64,000 bases of DNA. Origin: Eledone cirrhosa. Taxonomy: Eukaryota. Positions 44,297 through 57,900 of this stretch are shown here, piece by piece (the first letter of the stretch is position 1; every line of letters starts with the position of its first letter). The translations under genes were made by a program, and so were the position numbers. The stretch spans positions 12,152,001-12,216,000 of the forward strand of contig OZ024750.1 of NCBI GenBank assembly GCA_964016885.1. The letters are read 5' to 3'. The notes below the pieces were generated by a model. It was not told the origin of the DNA. It made no database searches and saw nothing but the letters and a program-made list of their open reading frames with translations.

Positions 44297-44888
44297 ATGT
44301 CAGGTCACCAGCTGGTGCTACTGGTAACATGTATCCCAGTACAACCCGTCTCATCGTCGGGTCGTTGGCGACTAAACTGGCAACCTCACCAAGGTTTCTT
44401 GGTGAAGCGGGTGACTTTGGACATCCTGCAGGACTAAAAACAAAACCTGTCAAAAGGCAAAGGAGCTCTTAAGAGTCAATGGCCATCCAAAATCACCGGG
44501 AGAGATGACCCCTTAGCCTTTGTCAAGGCTGAATTCTTGGAGAAGGAAAACTCTAATATAACACCTGCAACCTTGATGGTATCCAATGATGTTGACTTGT
44601 TCTTCTTTTTGGTAAATATTATCTTGGTTAAGAGAGTAGGACTGGCTTTGTGCAGTGCCTTTGCTCACAATAAAAGCTTCACAGCACAGGCATTGCTTTA
44701 TATCTGGAGATCTCTTTGCACTTGTCATCACATAGTACCATGGGCCCAGCACTATGTGTCAATAATTGTCACAAGTGTAGTGTTTGTACCAGACTTTTCA
44801 AGTGTCTGGCTGGACTAAAAAGTCACACTCGTAGGGGTTCGGTAGGGGTTCTCCTACATGGATATAAAGTGACACCACATACAACAAA
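44297..44888 (+). mobile_element. Non-autonomous RTE-derived element (5' ribozyme-like head plus C-terminal zinc-finger remnant)
   Basis: The 3' part encodes HKCSVCTRLFKCLAGLKSHTR, like the terminal zinc finger of RTE/BovB ORF2. The 5' part folds partly as an HDV-like ribozyme. No RT or endonuclease lies in between. Confidence 0.55.
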
Positions 44889-45282
44889 TTATGAAATACG
44901 AACATCAATATAACATGTCAGAAACCATATGATTTCTCATTAAATGATTTATTGACTAAATCTCAACATATATTTTATTACCTTATTAAATATATTATGG
45001 CGGTGAATTGGAAAAGTCGTGAGAACGTTGGATAGAATGCTTCTTGGTCTTTCGTTCCGGCTCTCTGCACTAAGTTAAAATTCCGCCGTTGTTAACTTCC
45101 TCTATAATTTTGTTCTCATTTCTCTCTATGACACACACAAACACACATTCTCTCTCTCTTCTTTTCTAAAAGAAATTGGCTATGGTCAGACATCAAGAGG
45201 GGATTAGTTCCGCTAGGATTTAAAAGGCCCAAGAAACGCTTCACCAGGATTTTTGGGTTCATACATATATTAAATATATTAA

Positions 45283-45376
45283 TACGGCCATATCACGCTG
45301 AAAACACCGGTTCTCGTCCTATCACCGAAGTTAAGCAACGTCGAGCCTAGTTAGTGCTTAGATGGATGGCGGGAAC
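45283..45376 (+). pseudogene. Truncated 5S rRNA copy (pseudogene or 5S-derived SINE head)
   Basis: TACGGCCATATCACGCTGAAAACACCGGTTCTCGTCCTATCACCGAAGTTAAGCAACGTCGAGCCTAGTTAGTGCTTAGATGG closely follows metazoan 5S rRNA. It diverges after box C and lacks the 3' helix I strand and oligo-T terminator. Confidence 0.85.
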
Positions 45377-45507
45377 AGGTAAAAGAGTAAAAGAGAATAG
45401 ATCCTTAAATTTGAAATTTCCGATTTTTTTACGCACTTTTCATTTGGCATTTTATATTTAATGACCTGATACTTTTTATATTTAATGACCTGATACTTTT
45501 TATATTT

Positions 45508-45685
45508 AATTGTTTCTACTTTAGGCACAAGGCCAGCAATTACCCAGTGCGTTACTGGTACTTTATTTTATCGACCCCGTAAGGATGAAAGGCAAAGTCA
45601 ACCTCGGCGGGATTTGAACTCAGATCGTAAAGGGACGTAACTATGCTGGAAAGCATGGCGTCCGACCCTCTACCGATACTGCCAA
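45508..45685 (-). mobile_element. SINE with triplicated target sequence
   Basis: AATGACCTGATACTTT occurs twice on the left and once on the right. Confidence 0.9.
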
Positions 45686-46421
45686 TGACCTGATACTTTA
45701 GGAAGAAGCGACGAAGTTGTGATCGAAACTATAGATATGTCAGACAAAATATTCTATTTGCATTAATTTACTTTTATTCCTTTTTCGTTGTTCGTTCAAA
45801 GCTGACTATTTACTTTGACTCTTCATGGTTTACAAAATAAATACCAGTAATATACTGAGTCAAATGTAATTGTTTCTCTCTATTTATTTCATTTAATTAT
45901 TGGCATTGTGTCAAGGTAAGACATTTTAAAAGTGGTATTGTTAGAATCGTGACATTTTAACTTTGGTATTTGGGATAGAAAAATATATAGAAAATCTCTT
46001 AATTGTCAGTATTGTCTTTTGTCAAACCTTCCCACAGTGTATTACTCTCTGTCTCTCTATCACTCTCTCTCTGTTTCTCTCTCTCTCTTTCGCCCCCCCC
46101 CCACTCACAACGCAATCACACCTGCTTTTCTTCGTCTTCCTCTCTCTCTCTCTCATCCCCTTTCTTCTGCCTCTTTCTATCTACCCCCCCTTCTTTGACC
46201 CCTAACGCTACCCATACGCTGCTCCATCTCATATTCTACTGCTAACTTTCCTGCTCGCTACACCGTCTCGTCTCAGGGTTAAAGCTCGAATCCATTCATT
46301 TTTCTCTCTTTTTCTTTGTGACTAAATTATTTATCACATTACTTTTATCACTCTTCCGTTTCAGTTGAAGTACACCAGCTTGTAGTAGCACCTTTCCCGA
46401 AAAGACACAATCTGCCCTATG

Positions 46422-46586
46422 CAGTGCCGAATTTACCATTGCGCTTAGGTGTGCTTAAGCACAGGGGCCCGTTGGCCCTGGGGGCCCATCTTCCTGCCAA
46501 AAAGATGTTTTACTTCCTTCAGGGCCCAAGTAAGGGGCTCATTATTTAACTAGCACAGGGCCTCATTTTTCCTAAGTCCAGCACTG
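46422..46586. mobile_element. hAT-like MITE
   Basis: Ends CAGTGCCGAATTTA / TAAGTCCAGCACTG; degenerate 8-bp TSD GCCCTATG / GCTCTAAG. Confidence 0.6.
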
Positions 46587-47379
46587 GCTCTAAGTTACCG
46601 TGTTTTGTCCTGCTGCAATCCCGTTTACGCTGGATGGAATGGTATCAACTTTTAAATACCTGAAACCATTAGGATGACCAATAGTCGACTGAAAAGAATG
46701 GATATATAGGAGAAAATGGATATATATAAAAGAAAGTTAATTATATCAACCCAGTACTTGACTGGTACTTTATTTTATCGAAATCAGAAGGATGAAAGGA
46801 AAAGTTGACCTCGGTGAGATTCGAACTCAGAATAATTTAAAAAAAAAACGGAACAATTATTACAAACCATTTATCCGATGCTCTAACGACTCGGCCCACT
46901 CAAAGTACCCCCACCCACCCCGCCTATTCTTAGTGATAGTATCAACTATAAACTTTATGAGGTTTATCGAATGTTAGAAAAAAAAGAAAGAAAAAAAAAA
47001 GATGGAGAGAGAAAGAAAAAGAAAGAGTGGGAATGAAAAAAACAAACAAACCTTACGTAACATAAGAATTCACGTTTGTTTTCTGTGATAAATATTTTAC
47101 TCACTTGTTTTGTTTTCTTTCAAACCGATTTTTATAGTTTAAAGTGAGCAGAGGAGGAGAGAATTTCAATATATATTTATTCGTCCTTTTCAACATGTTG
47201 GGAGAAAGACAGAGTGACAGAAAAAAGGAAAACTAAGAGATAACAAGTTAGAGAGAATTAGAAAAAAAATGTGTGTAGGTGCGTGTGTGAAGGTGTGTGT
47301 GTGTGTGTATGAGGGAGTGAATGAAGAGGGGGGGGGGGGAAGGATGGAAAAGAAGTAATATTGTCAATCGACAAATTAA

Positions 47380-47950
47380 GTTTGTGGGCGTGGCGTTATA
47401 TTTTTTTGTTTCCGGCCGCAGTATTACAAGTGCTTATAGACACAAACATACGCTTAGAACTAAACCCATAGAGAATACACGCGAGCGCACATACACACAC
47501 ACATACACACACCATACAGAGTTAAAATAACTGAGAGAAGCTTATAAGAAAAGTAACTAGTCAGGCCGAAGTAAGAGAGAGCATGGTCAAGAAAGACACT
47601 GTAGTAGTAAATACAATATTATTACAAATAATAGTAGTTGTTGTAAAAAGGAATTAAACAAAACGTTGAGCCGGAGGATAAGTGTCGGACCGACGAAGAA
47701 AAAGAAGAAGAAGAGATAGGAGTAAACGAATGCATGTCACGTGACCACAACGCGCACTTGTTCAGGTATTGGGGCTTCGTCACCGAAGCTAGCTAGATGT
47801 GTCACTTTAACGTAATAACTACAGTGAGTTTCGGACACATATTTACATATGTATACACACTCACACATCTTAACTTGAAGTAAATCGCGTTTACTTTTTA
47901 ATTCATTATCATTTTACGACGAGCTTCGAACCCCCACATCCACCCCACCT
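47380..47950 (+). promoter_or_regulatory. Candidate promoter/5' regulatory region of nvd
   Basis: Non-repetitive and locally CpG-richer. Contains GC-box-like GGGCGTGGC, ETS-like TTCCGG, palindromic E-box GTCACGTGAC (47736-47745) and SRE-like ATCCACCCCAC (47938-47948). Confidence 0.35.
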
Positions 47951-48231
47951 TCTCCCCACTCTAGGTAACACACATAAACAAAATCACAACTTGATCATAC
48001 CAAACACAAAAAAAGTGTAGTTTTTACTTTTCCTTTATACGTTAAGTTAAAGCTATTTACCATTCACTACTCAGTTATAAGAGAAAAGAAAACTAACACA
48101 AATTTTAAAAAAAACGAAGAAAAATGTGAAAAAATTATAAAAAATAAACGAAAACACATCTTTTTTTTTTTTAATCATTTATTGTATCTTTCGGAATTTT
48201 AAAAAGTTGGAAAAAAACAAAAGAAAACAAT

Positions 48232-48724
48232 ATGTATTTGTGGAAGAAAATTGTTTTAATATCTTTCATAACAGTGAGTTTTTTAACTATTGTTGTTGTG
48301 GCAGCTTTGTCAGATAGTTTGGATTTCAAGACTTTGACAGTACCATTATTCGAAGTAGGTGAATTTTGCAAGCATGCTGTTTTCACCGTAACTACACACA
48401 GTTGGACCGATTTATTAGCTGTGCGTAATTATATGGACTTTTTAATTTTGTTTCGAATTGGAGTATACATTACATTAACCTATGTGACAATTTGTATTTT
48501 ACGCTGGTTATACCAGTTTCTGTTTTGTAATATGGATCGAACACGTGTATTAGGGAGCACTGGATACGTACCCGACGGTGTGCTCAGTATGAAGGAAATC
48601 GCTAACGGTGTACGTAGGCGAAGACAAGTTGGGGATATCCCACCTGTTTATCCTAATGGCTGGTTCGGATTAATAGAGTCTCACAAATTGGGGAACAAAG
48701 AGACGATCCCCATAAGTATTTTAG
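48232..48724 (+). CDS. nvd: First coding exon of cholesterol 7-desaturase (Neverland/DAF-36 family Rieske oxygenase)
   Basis: ORF with hydrophobic N-terminal segments followed by RRRRQVGDIPPVYPNGWFGLIESHKL, the pre-Rieske PxYPNGW motif of Nvd/DAF-36. It ends ...ISILG at a strong phase-1 donor TTAG|GTAAGT (GT at 48725-48726), just before the Rieske domain. The start codon is uncertain. Confidence 0.88.
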
Positions 48725-49999
48725 GTAAGTCGCTTATTTATTTATTACCTGCAGTAATATTGTCTAAAATGATTTGCTTTTTTTTTTTTTTTTCGTATAT
48801 ATAAATATACAGGACCCGGAAAAATAGTGATTGTTGAAAATTATCAAAAACTTGTACTACTATGCCTGTCTGTCAGTCGTTCTCCTGCCCTTGTATCTCC
48901 CTCTCTTTTCTCGCTTCTTCCCTTCTCTCTCATGTAGTACATCGCTGTGACAGTATTTCATCCCATATCTTATGCTAAAATATGACCCTTATCCAACAAA
49001 TATTTCATTAGCCGTCTGATAGAGTTTAACATTATCAAAAAAACATGTTTACCCGGGAACATTAGGCAACTGTCTCAATAAGACATAACTGGGATGCAGT
49101 TAAAGAAAACTATACTACGGTAGATGTTTATGTTGCTATGAGGTTAGCCAGCCGTGTTTTTAAGTTGGATAAAAGTTTGTTGTCAAACTAGAGAAATAAC
49201 AATATCTGAAGTGATGCGATAAGAAATCTCTTAAACGTTTTTCTTTTATTTTTTTAAATTCTTAAATGACATGCCGGTAGTACATATAATTATTGAATTA
49301 TTGTAGTGGTTTAACCTGGTAATATTACTGGTATTTTATTAATCACAGCGCAATTGTAAACCATCTAGTCTATACCAGCTTTATCTAACCTTTTCTCTCT
49401 CTCTTTCTCTCATAAGCTAGTTTAACCATTTAGTTTCTCTGTTGTTTCACGTTCAAATCTTACCTGGGTAATTTACTTTCCCCTCTCTCTGTTATCGATA
49501 GATATTGAAGTCGGCCCAACTAGATTCTTCACCACCCACTAGGATGAGATGGTCATGATTGTACGGCGGAGTTATAATATTGAGAGTGGATTTCTGGAAA
49601 TTGCGACACACACACACACACAAAATAATAATCTGTCAGAATAATTTACAAAAATGAACCTCATCCTTTTAAAACTTGTTTTAAAACTTTTAACAGCTTT
49701 ACTCTTAACTGTTAACTAAAACATTAATTTCAAAGGAGAATATTACTTATTTCATATAAGTTCTTATCTAAAGATATTTATTTTTAGCTGTGATAAAAAT
49801 AGTCAACATAAACCTGAGTAAATATGTTTAAATTGGGATAAAATGTGATAAAGACTCGGTCAAGGTAAATTATAGAATAGAAATAACGTTATCCCTCTAT
49901 ACCTGTCATATACAAAGTCTTTGGACGTTTTACATCTCTCTTGCTCTCTGTATATATATATAAATATATATATTTATATATACACACATACAGAGTAGA

Positions 50000-50052
<53 letters not shown>

Positions 50053-50209
50053 AGTAAGTTAATTTTATAATTTTCTTATCTTACGTCTCTTATATTATTG
50101 TTCTGCAACCCCATGCATTGAACCACACTGTTATTAAGACAAAACCTATATATTTGCTAGCATCGATATGCATTTGTATGTATATATATGTTACTAGATA
50201 TAAATTCTT

Positions 50210-50263
<54 letters not shown>

Positions 50264-50302
50264 AGAGTAGAGAATATATATATATATATATATATTATAT
50301 AT

Positions 50303-50468
50303 AACAAAGGAAGTGTGGTAAGGAACCAGGTGGACCATAACGCACCAGAGTACTCGATACTTAGGGTAGTAGGGTGGGTAATAGGAAAATGTTTAATCCA
50401 GAGCTCAAGCCGTTTCGACAGCTATAGCCGTCGAAACGGCTTGAGCTCTGCCGTGGGTTAAACATTTT

Positions 50469-50470
<2 letters not shown>
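50303..50470. mobile_element. Family A element, copy 4
   Basis: Same head and fold-back; TA flanks. Confidence 0.8.
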
Positions 50471-50522
<52 letters not shown>

Positions 50523-50546
50523 TATATACACATATATATATATACA

Positions 50547-50767
50547 CGAGGGGGTACTGAAATGTTCCTGGATTTGGGTAAAAATAAAATACTGGGGGAT
50601 CAGTTAATTATGATTTTATTCAACATATTCCCCCTCTCAGATTCATTCTCACACTTATTGCAGCGGTCCTTCAGTTTTTCTAAGCCCTGTAAAGAGAACT
50701 CAGAAGATTGGGCCTCCAACCAGGCCTGATAGCAACGATCAAGCCAGGAACGTTTCAGCACCCCTCG
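50547..50767. mobile_element. Mariner-like MITE
   Basis: TIRs CGAGGGGGTACTGAAATGTTCCTGG / CCAGGAACGTTTCAGCACCCCTCG; TA at the right end. Confidence 0.7.
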
Positions 50768-50965
50768 TATTGATATAATATTTCGATATATCGAAGAGTT
50801 GTAGTTAACGCATTTTTCAATCTGAATTGTAAATTATATAATCACTCTCTAGAATGATGTAGGCATCACACAATTATAGCGTAACTTATGAAAGGATTAT
50901 TAATAAAGGAAAAGTTAATAAAAAACAAACTCCACAGCCTCTGTAATTATTCCACATTCCTTTGC

Positions 50966-51012
<47 letters not shown>

Positions 51013-51061
51013 AAGTAATTCAGTCAAATATTTAAAATTTGGCTTCGTTTATTAAGTATGT

Positions 51062-51116
51062 ACTGCTATATATATTTCGGTGACAGCCATCATTGGCTGT
51101 GACCTCTTCAGGCAGT
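51062..51116 (-). ncRNA. Type I hammerhead ribozyme motif, intact; same family as 2367-2421
   Basis: Same core and stems as 2367-2421, inside a (TA)n-flanked element at ~51009-51213. Confidence 0.75.
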
Positions 51117-51458
51117 CCGAATTGGTGTGGTAGAGACAGGTACACATGTTGTTAAAGTGTTTTACTCCGACATGTCCAGCTCCTGGTTGGTAAACAACCA
51201 ACATATACTAAACATATATATATATATATATATATATATACAAAATTAAATTAAGGGTTTCATGTCAGAGAGACATGCGCCATATCCACTGTACAATATG
51301 CTCCAAGATTCCAATGAATAGATCCGAGCATTTTATATCAACTAGAAATTGATTGACATATATATATATATATATCTAAAATAAACATATGAAACAATCA
51401 CATTCCCTGTGATTGTTTCATATGTTTATTTTAGATATATAATATGTCAATCAATTTC

Positions 51459-51586
<128 letters not shown>

Positions 51587-51687
51587 ATATATCCTTAATG
51601 ATCCGAAACCATAGTCATTTCCAAAGGTTGACTGAGGAGATGGGATTGTCCGTTATTCCATTGTCTTTGTCCCGTGCGCTCCCTAGT

Positions 51688-51725
<38 letters not shown>

Positions 51726-51812
51726 CAACTTTGGAAGCACAGAAATCCTAGTGATCTCCAGTAGTTGGGATTTGTCCGTGTTTTTTTCCGTTGTCCATGT
51801 CGTGTGTGCTCT

Positions 51813-51845
<33 letters not shown>

Positions 51846-54800
51846 CAGATTAAAGTTTAACCAAAGAATCGTTGCTTTCATCATTAAACTGTTATTTTAA
51901 TAAATTTTTGCTCTATGGTTCTTATATAATCGATCCCTCTTTAGTATTATTACTATATATTATTATTATTATATATATATATTATTACTATATATATATA
52001 TGTATATAGTAATAATAATAAATGTGAAGACTAAAATCCAAAGAGGGCACGATTATATATATATGTGTGTGTGTGTGTAACAAATAACTTTATCCGCACC
52101 AAATAAGGTCAATAAGGTCGCATTCAGTCACCTGTACAGTTATCTATTAACAGTTTAAGCTTCCATTTGGCGTCCCCCCTTCATCCCCCAATATTCCTCC
52201 CATATTTCATCAACAGAAACATTATATTCTATCCTTAGCTTTATATGTATCGATACAACTCTCTCTCTCTCTCTGTCTCTCTCTTTTGCGTATTTTCTGT
52301 TATTTCTCCAGTTTAAGAGAAATAGATATTTATTTTGATTGTCTATAGGAATGGGTTTTGTTTTCAACTAATACCTTGAAATCGCCAATTAAAAAAAAAA
52401 AAAAGAAAAAAAATCAGTGATACAGGTGAACGAATGAATCTTCAATTATTTCATCTGAAATTATTACTTATATAAGAAATGGTACGGAATAATTATTTTA
52501 TAGAGGTGTGCATGTGTATAATAGTGCGTTTGTATGAGTGTTTATAACTTCTTCTTCCCGGTAAACACTTTACATAACCTGAATGGAAAGGTGGAAAGTT
52601 TGCACTCATGATGTTCGGTTGTTTGTCCTAACATGAATTTTTATTATTACATCTGTCTCGGAGACGGGTGTTATGGAGTTCTCGGGTGGGGAAATCCACT
52701 CTGATCGAGTAATTTACGATAGTTTAGAAGGCCATTTTCGTTCAAAACACATTAAAATTCATAGGAAAAACATAGAAGTCTACTTCAAAATTCTAAACCT
52801 ATAAACTAACTCCCTTTAAATTGGAAAAAAAAAAATTTCATCTGTCTCAGAGCCGGGTGTAAATAATAAAAAAATTGTCTATTATATTTCAGACGAAGAA
52901 AGTAATAAAAACAGTGTATTCACCTGCAGTTTTTTTCCAATATTTTCCGTTCCATATTCGAAGTTATATATATATATAATCTAACTAAGCACAGAATTCT
53001 CAGTGAGAGGTTAAACATTGAAATAGAAAAGATTACTATTGTACGTAGAACAAACGTAAGATCTCAGAATTATGGGTACAAATTATATTTATTATAAAAA
53101 TCACACGAATTAATTTTATTCGAAATGTTTCCATAAATTAGTATTTAAATTTTCAATTTCAGCCATACTAAATAAAAACCTTGCTACTCAGCCAAAGTTA
53201 CTTTTCCCGCGCGACAGTCACGTGTATGTGTTTCTGTTTATAGGAATACTTGACAAGTCCGTCTTTCAGAACTGTAGCTTGAGTAATATGACAGATATCA
53301 ACAATTTTACCGCCCCACACCCCAAAAGTTGTAGTATCGATGTTACTTCTTCAACGTCGAAATCTGCTCTTTATAAGATTTATTTTCCACTTGTTAGTAA
53401 AACAAACAAGAAATACTTGCCTTCTACAAATTTCGATTATTTTTAGGGAGCTGTTTCCCCGTTTCGGTGTCTAATTCAATATGCTCTCTCCATACATGTG
53501 TGTTTGCTATCTCTACACACTTTACCAGTTCAATAAATGTGTAAGCCCACGATTTAAGCTGTTTTATATGAATATTCTTTTACTTCTTAGAGAGAGAGGG
53601 AATAGTGATGTCCATATCACCTTATTTCTGGTGGGAAAAGAGAGTACGCTGTCCTCAATCAGAAAAATTAATTAATAAGCTTGTTACAGAGAGAATTCCG
53701 CTAAAGGCGGCCGACATCCATGTGGTTGGTGTTCAGCCGGACGACAAAGCAAGTTTACCACCTATGTAGGCCAAGACAGGAATAGAAATGTGAACGCAAA
53801 GAGCCAGACAAATACTGCTGGACATTTTGTCAACCCAACACCCTAAACTGGTACCTTATATTATCGACTCCAAAAAGAAGGAAAAGCAAATCCGACCTTG
53901 AAGGTATTTGAATCCAGAGCGTAGAGAGCGTGAACACGTACCGCAAAATATTTTCCTGTGTTCTAAAGATTGTACTGAATCGTTTAATATGGTCAGGCAT
54001 TTCTTACCAATGTGTGTAATCTTAGAATATAAAAGGTTCAATTGAATTTCAAATTCCGGTCGATAACAGTTAATCACATAACATCTATAAACTAATGTTC
54101 TATATGACGAAGACACTGATCGATCCATAAAATGAAGGGATTCATTATCTATAGATTCTTTTCCATTTTCTTGTCTGCGAGAAAGCAATTCTGGCAATTT
54201 TATTGTGTTTGTTTTTGTTATTTGTGTCTAATGATCCTTAATGTGGGCGCTAGACACTAATTTGGGAGAAAGGAGATTCTGAGATATTCATAATCTTCTC
54301 ATAGGGCATTGCTTGCCGTTTCAATAGGAAATTGAGACCTGGTCGCGATCTAGGCTCGCTCTAAATCTTACAGCTTACTGTAATGTGTAAATATAATTTC
54401 TGCCTTTTATTATTTTATTAGTTACGAACAGATGAGAGCTGAGACAGGGCGGAGGGTAGCTCACATAAGCTTACACAGTTTTGAAAGTCCCACCGAGTAT
54501 TAGTTCTTTATTCTGTTCTCCTGTAAGTACATCATGTCCATTGCATTTACGTAACTGTAACCCATAAATAAATCTTATATATTTAGCACAGATTTCTAAA
54601 ATACTTAAAGATTCATTTGAAATGGAGACTACACAACACACCTGCCCCGCCTTTATTACCAGCTTTCCACGGACCGAATTACAATTACCCAACATGTGAG
54701 GAGTCAGTTTCCAAGAGGTTATCATTTGAATCTCAGGGCTCACCATTCTATAAATATTGATTTAGATTGACAGAAAATAATACATTTTTAGGGTAAGGCA

Positions 54801-54907
54801 TACTAATTATATACTGCATCGTCTGCAGTATATAATTAGTAACTGTATTATTGGTTCCACCTGAATAAGTGGAAGTCTAAATTGAACGGACTACAATTTT
54901 GCCACTG

Positions 54908-54970
<63 letters not shown>

Positions 54971-57900
54971 TTAAATACATAAAGATACATACACACTTTA
55001 TTATTGCAATGAAGCTATATCAGACACTGAAAGGCCTAACGGTTCATGCTCAAGCGCACATGTCTAACTGAATTTGACAAGTGCGTTTGAACACGAAACT
55101 CTAGGATGTTAAGGCACTGATGTAGCTTCAAGGCTATATCAAATTATATATCCTACAAGGCCAACAATTTTTTGGGAGGGGAAAGTCAATTAAATTGACC
55201 CCAGTGCATTACTGGTACTTCATTTTATTGACCCCGTAAGGATGAAAAGCAAAGGTAATCCCGACGGGATTTCATCTCAGACCGTAAATGCCCGTAACTC
55301 TATGCCATAAAGCATGTTGTCCGATGCTCCACCGATTATTGCCAATCTAATTACATGTTACCCGTTTTCAAGAGGAAGAGTTGGATTGATACTATCTTTT
55401 AGTTTGATTGTCTGACGAAATGATTACCCTTTTTATTTAAAAAACCTTTCCCATCCTCAACAAGTTTCAGTCTCTAGGTTGTCACAGATAGATGGGTGAG
55501 CTAATTATATCGAATAAATTACATTAATTATAGATAAATAATGATTAAACAATTGGAACTAATTTTCTGGTTCACTTTTAGATTATGTTAAGGATGATAT
55601 TCTTAAGCACGTGTTTTATGTTAACACAACCGTAAAACCCTGATAAAAGCCAGAAAAAAAACTTAATTATTAATACATTCTCATCCAGCCATGTGATTTT
55701 AGTATGTTGTATGTGTTGCTAAACACTGATATGTTGCCACGTTACATATCGTTGTTGTACAAACCTTAACTCAATAGATTCTCATTTAGGTGTTCTTTGA
55801 GTTGTTAAAAAATTGAACGCTCTTTCTTCTGTGTCTCATGATATTGTTGCTTTTCTTTTTTTTCTTCACCTCGCCGTGAATTAATTTCTATGGTGAAGTG
55901 TTTGTCAAATTCCCGCTACTACAATTCATTAAGTACGAAGAAGAGAAGAAGTCCTTAAGTGATAGATATTATTACAGTTTCGGATCAACTTCATCTATTT
56001 AGCACATGTTATGTTGTAGTTTTCCTTTCAATGAACACTTTATAATATACCCCATCGTTCCAATACTTAGGAATTAAATCCAAAGCATAACTTTATGATT
56101 CTTTCTTCTGGATATTGCTATGTAGCATGAACGAAACAATTTCTTAAATATAAAGCATCCATCATCCATTTCTTCTTTAGTATGTCCTATTTTCATTATG
56201 TTTATTTATAGAATTCAACATTAACCTCAAGGGAATTTGCGATGAAAATAAGGAAACATAAAAAAAAGATTCGTTAAATGCAATAAATGTTTGAAATAAC
56301 TAATTATACGTTGATGTTAGAGATAAAGACTGCATGATCCCAATTCAACACTAAGATAAATACACCAATTTAACACAAAAGGAAGAATATATAAGTTCAT
56401 ACTATGCTGTAAACGTTTAGATTTTTTGTCATTCTTGATATAAGCCAGAAGACCATTGTGGGTAAAACCTGAACTGTCTATTTCTAGTAAACATCTTGTA
56501 ATAAATGTTTAGGGGCTCAATCTCTATAGGATATATAAACAGAACAGTTTCAAAGCTTTATTTGAAATCTCTTTATATATTTTGTGTTTTAATGCGACGG
56601 ATTGTGTGATAATTTTTGTACCTCAAAGAATTAATCAATTTAAAAAAAACCTTACTAACCTTACTACGTTATTTTAGGTGTAAAAATAACCAGTCATGGT
56701 AGTTTAGCTTCGTCAAACGATCTTCTCTGGCAAATTCGAGTTCTGACGTTAACTTTTTATTCTTAGTTTAATTCATTGAGAAGAAATTGGAAGCATAGAA
56801 ATTTTGTAAAATATGTTCGTTCTTTTAGTGTTATATTTGTTCATATAAGAAATATATGAAATAAAATGAGTGCAATAAAGCATAAATAAAATATGTGGGA
56901 ACCAAGTCCACGGATTTCAATTTCTGGTTGAAGCCAATTCATTTAAAGTAAGCTGTTAATCTAATCGATAAAGGCATGAATATTATACATTTTTCTTCTT
57001 TCCTGTAAATTTGTACCTGTATCCGGTAAAAAACAAAATCAATAAATATTTTGTTGTCTGACTGTTGGCAAGCCAAAAACAAAAAAAAAAAACTACATCC
57101 CACAGTTTTCTAATTCCAACCCTTTTGAACCGAATGAACCTTTGAACTAATTCATTAGCCACAATGAAAACAATAAAGCCGAGAAGTTGCTGATCGCTGT
57201 GGTATTTTTTTTTTTATTGTTCATTATTAAAGTAAAGTAATAAGATAAAATTGACACTTTTATTAAACCGCTTCCTCGTCATAAACTACAATTAATATTT
57301 TATTGCGGATATCACTTAAAAAATGCAAATCTGTGATCGGTGCTTTGATCCGAAAGATTACTCTGTTTTAATAGCTTAAACTCTGTGTTTTATATCACGT
57401 CCGCAACCGAATTGTTAATGTCTTTTTTTTTTTTTTTTTCATTATAGAAAGCACAATTTAGGAATTGTAAATATACAGCCATTGTCTCGTCACTCCTCAG
57501 TCACATTTTGTTCCCATTACCGCAAATAAATGACGGTTGAATAGTTTAATTTAGCTCAATGTTTACAATTTAGAGCATCAAAATAACTAACTTACAAAAA
57601 CACGCCTAATTGTGTATATAACATTCTACCGACGGTAGTAACTATCTAAATATTATACATACACATACATACACACGTACAGACATGTACACACATACAC
57701 ACGTACATACATGTACATACAAACACATATATACACACACATACACACACGTATCTCTCGCGTATTTGGTTTCATTTATGTTTGTATTTTTGTTGAATGA
57801 CTGAAACAATATTTCGTGTTAATATCAGCATATTGATCTGATATCAACCCCGACTGGAGCCGGTAAAATATCGATTAGTAATCTAGTAGGAATCAATTCA

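Noticed and set aside
45700-45745. CGAAACTATAGATATGTC as a hammerhead half
   Set aside because: No convincing CUGANGA box or stems.
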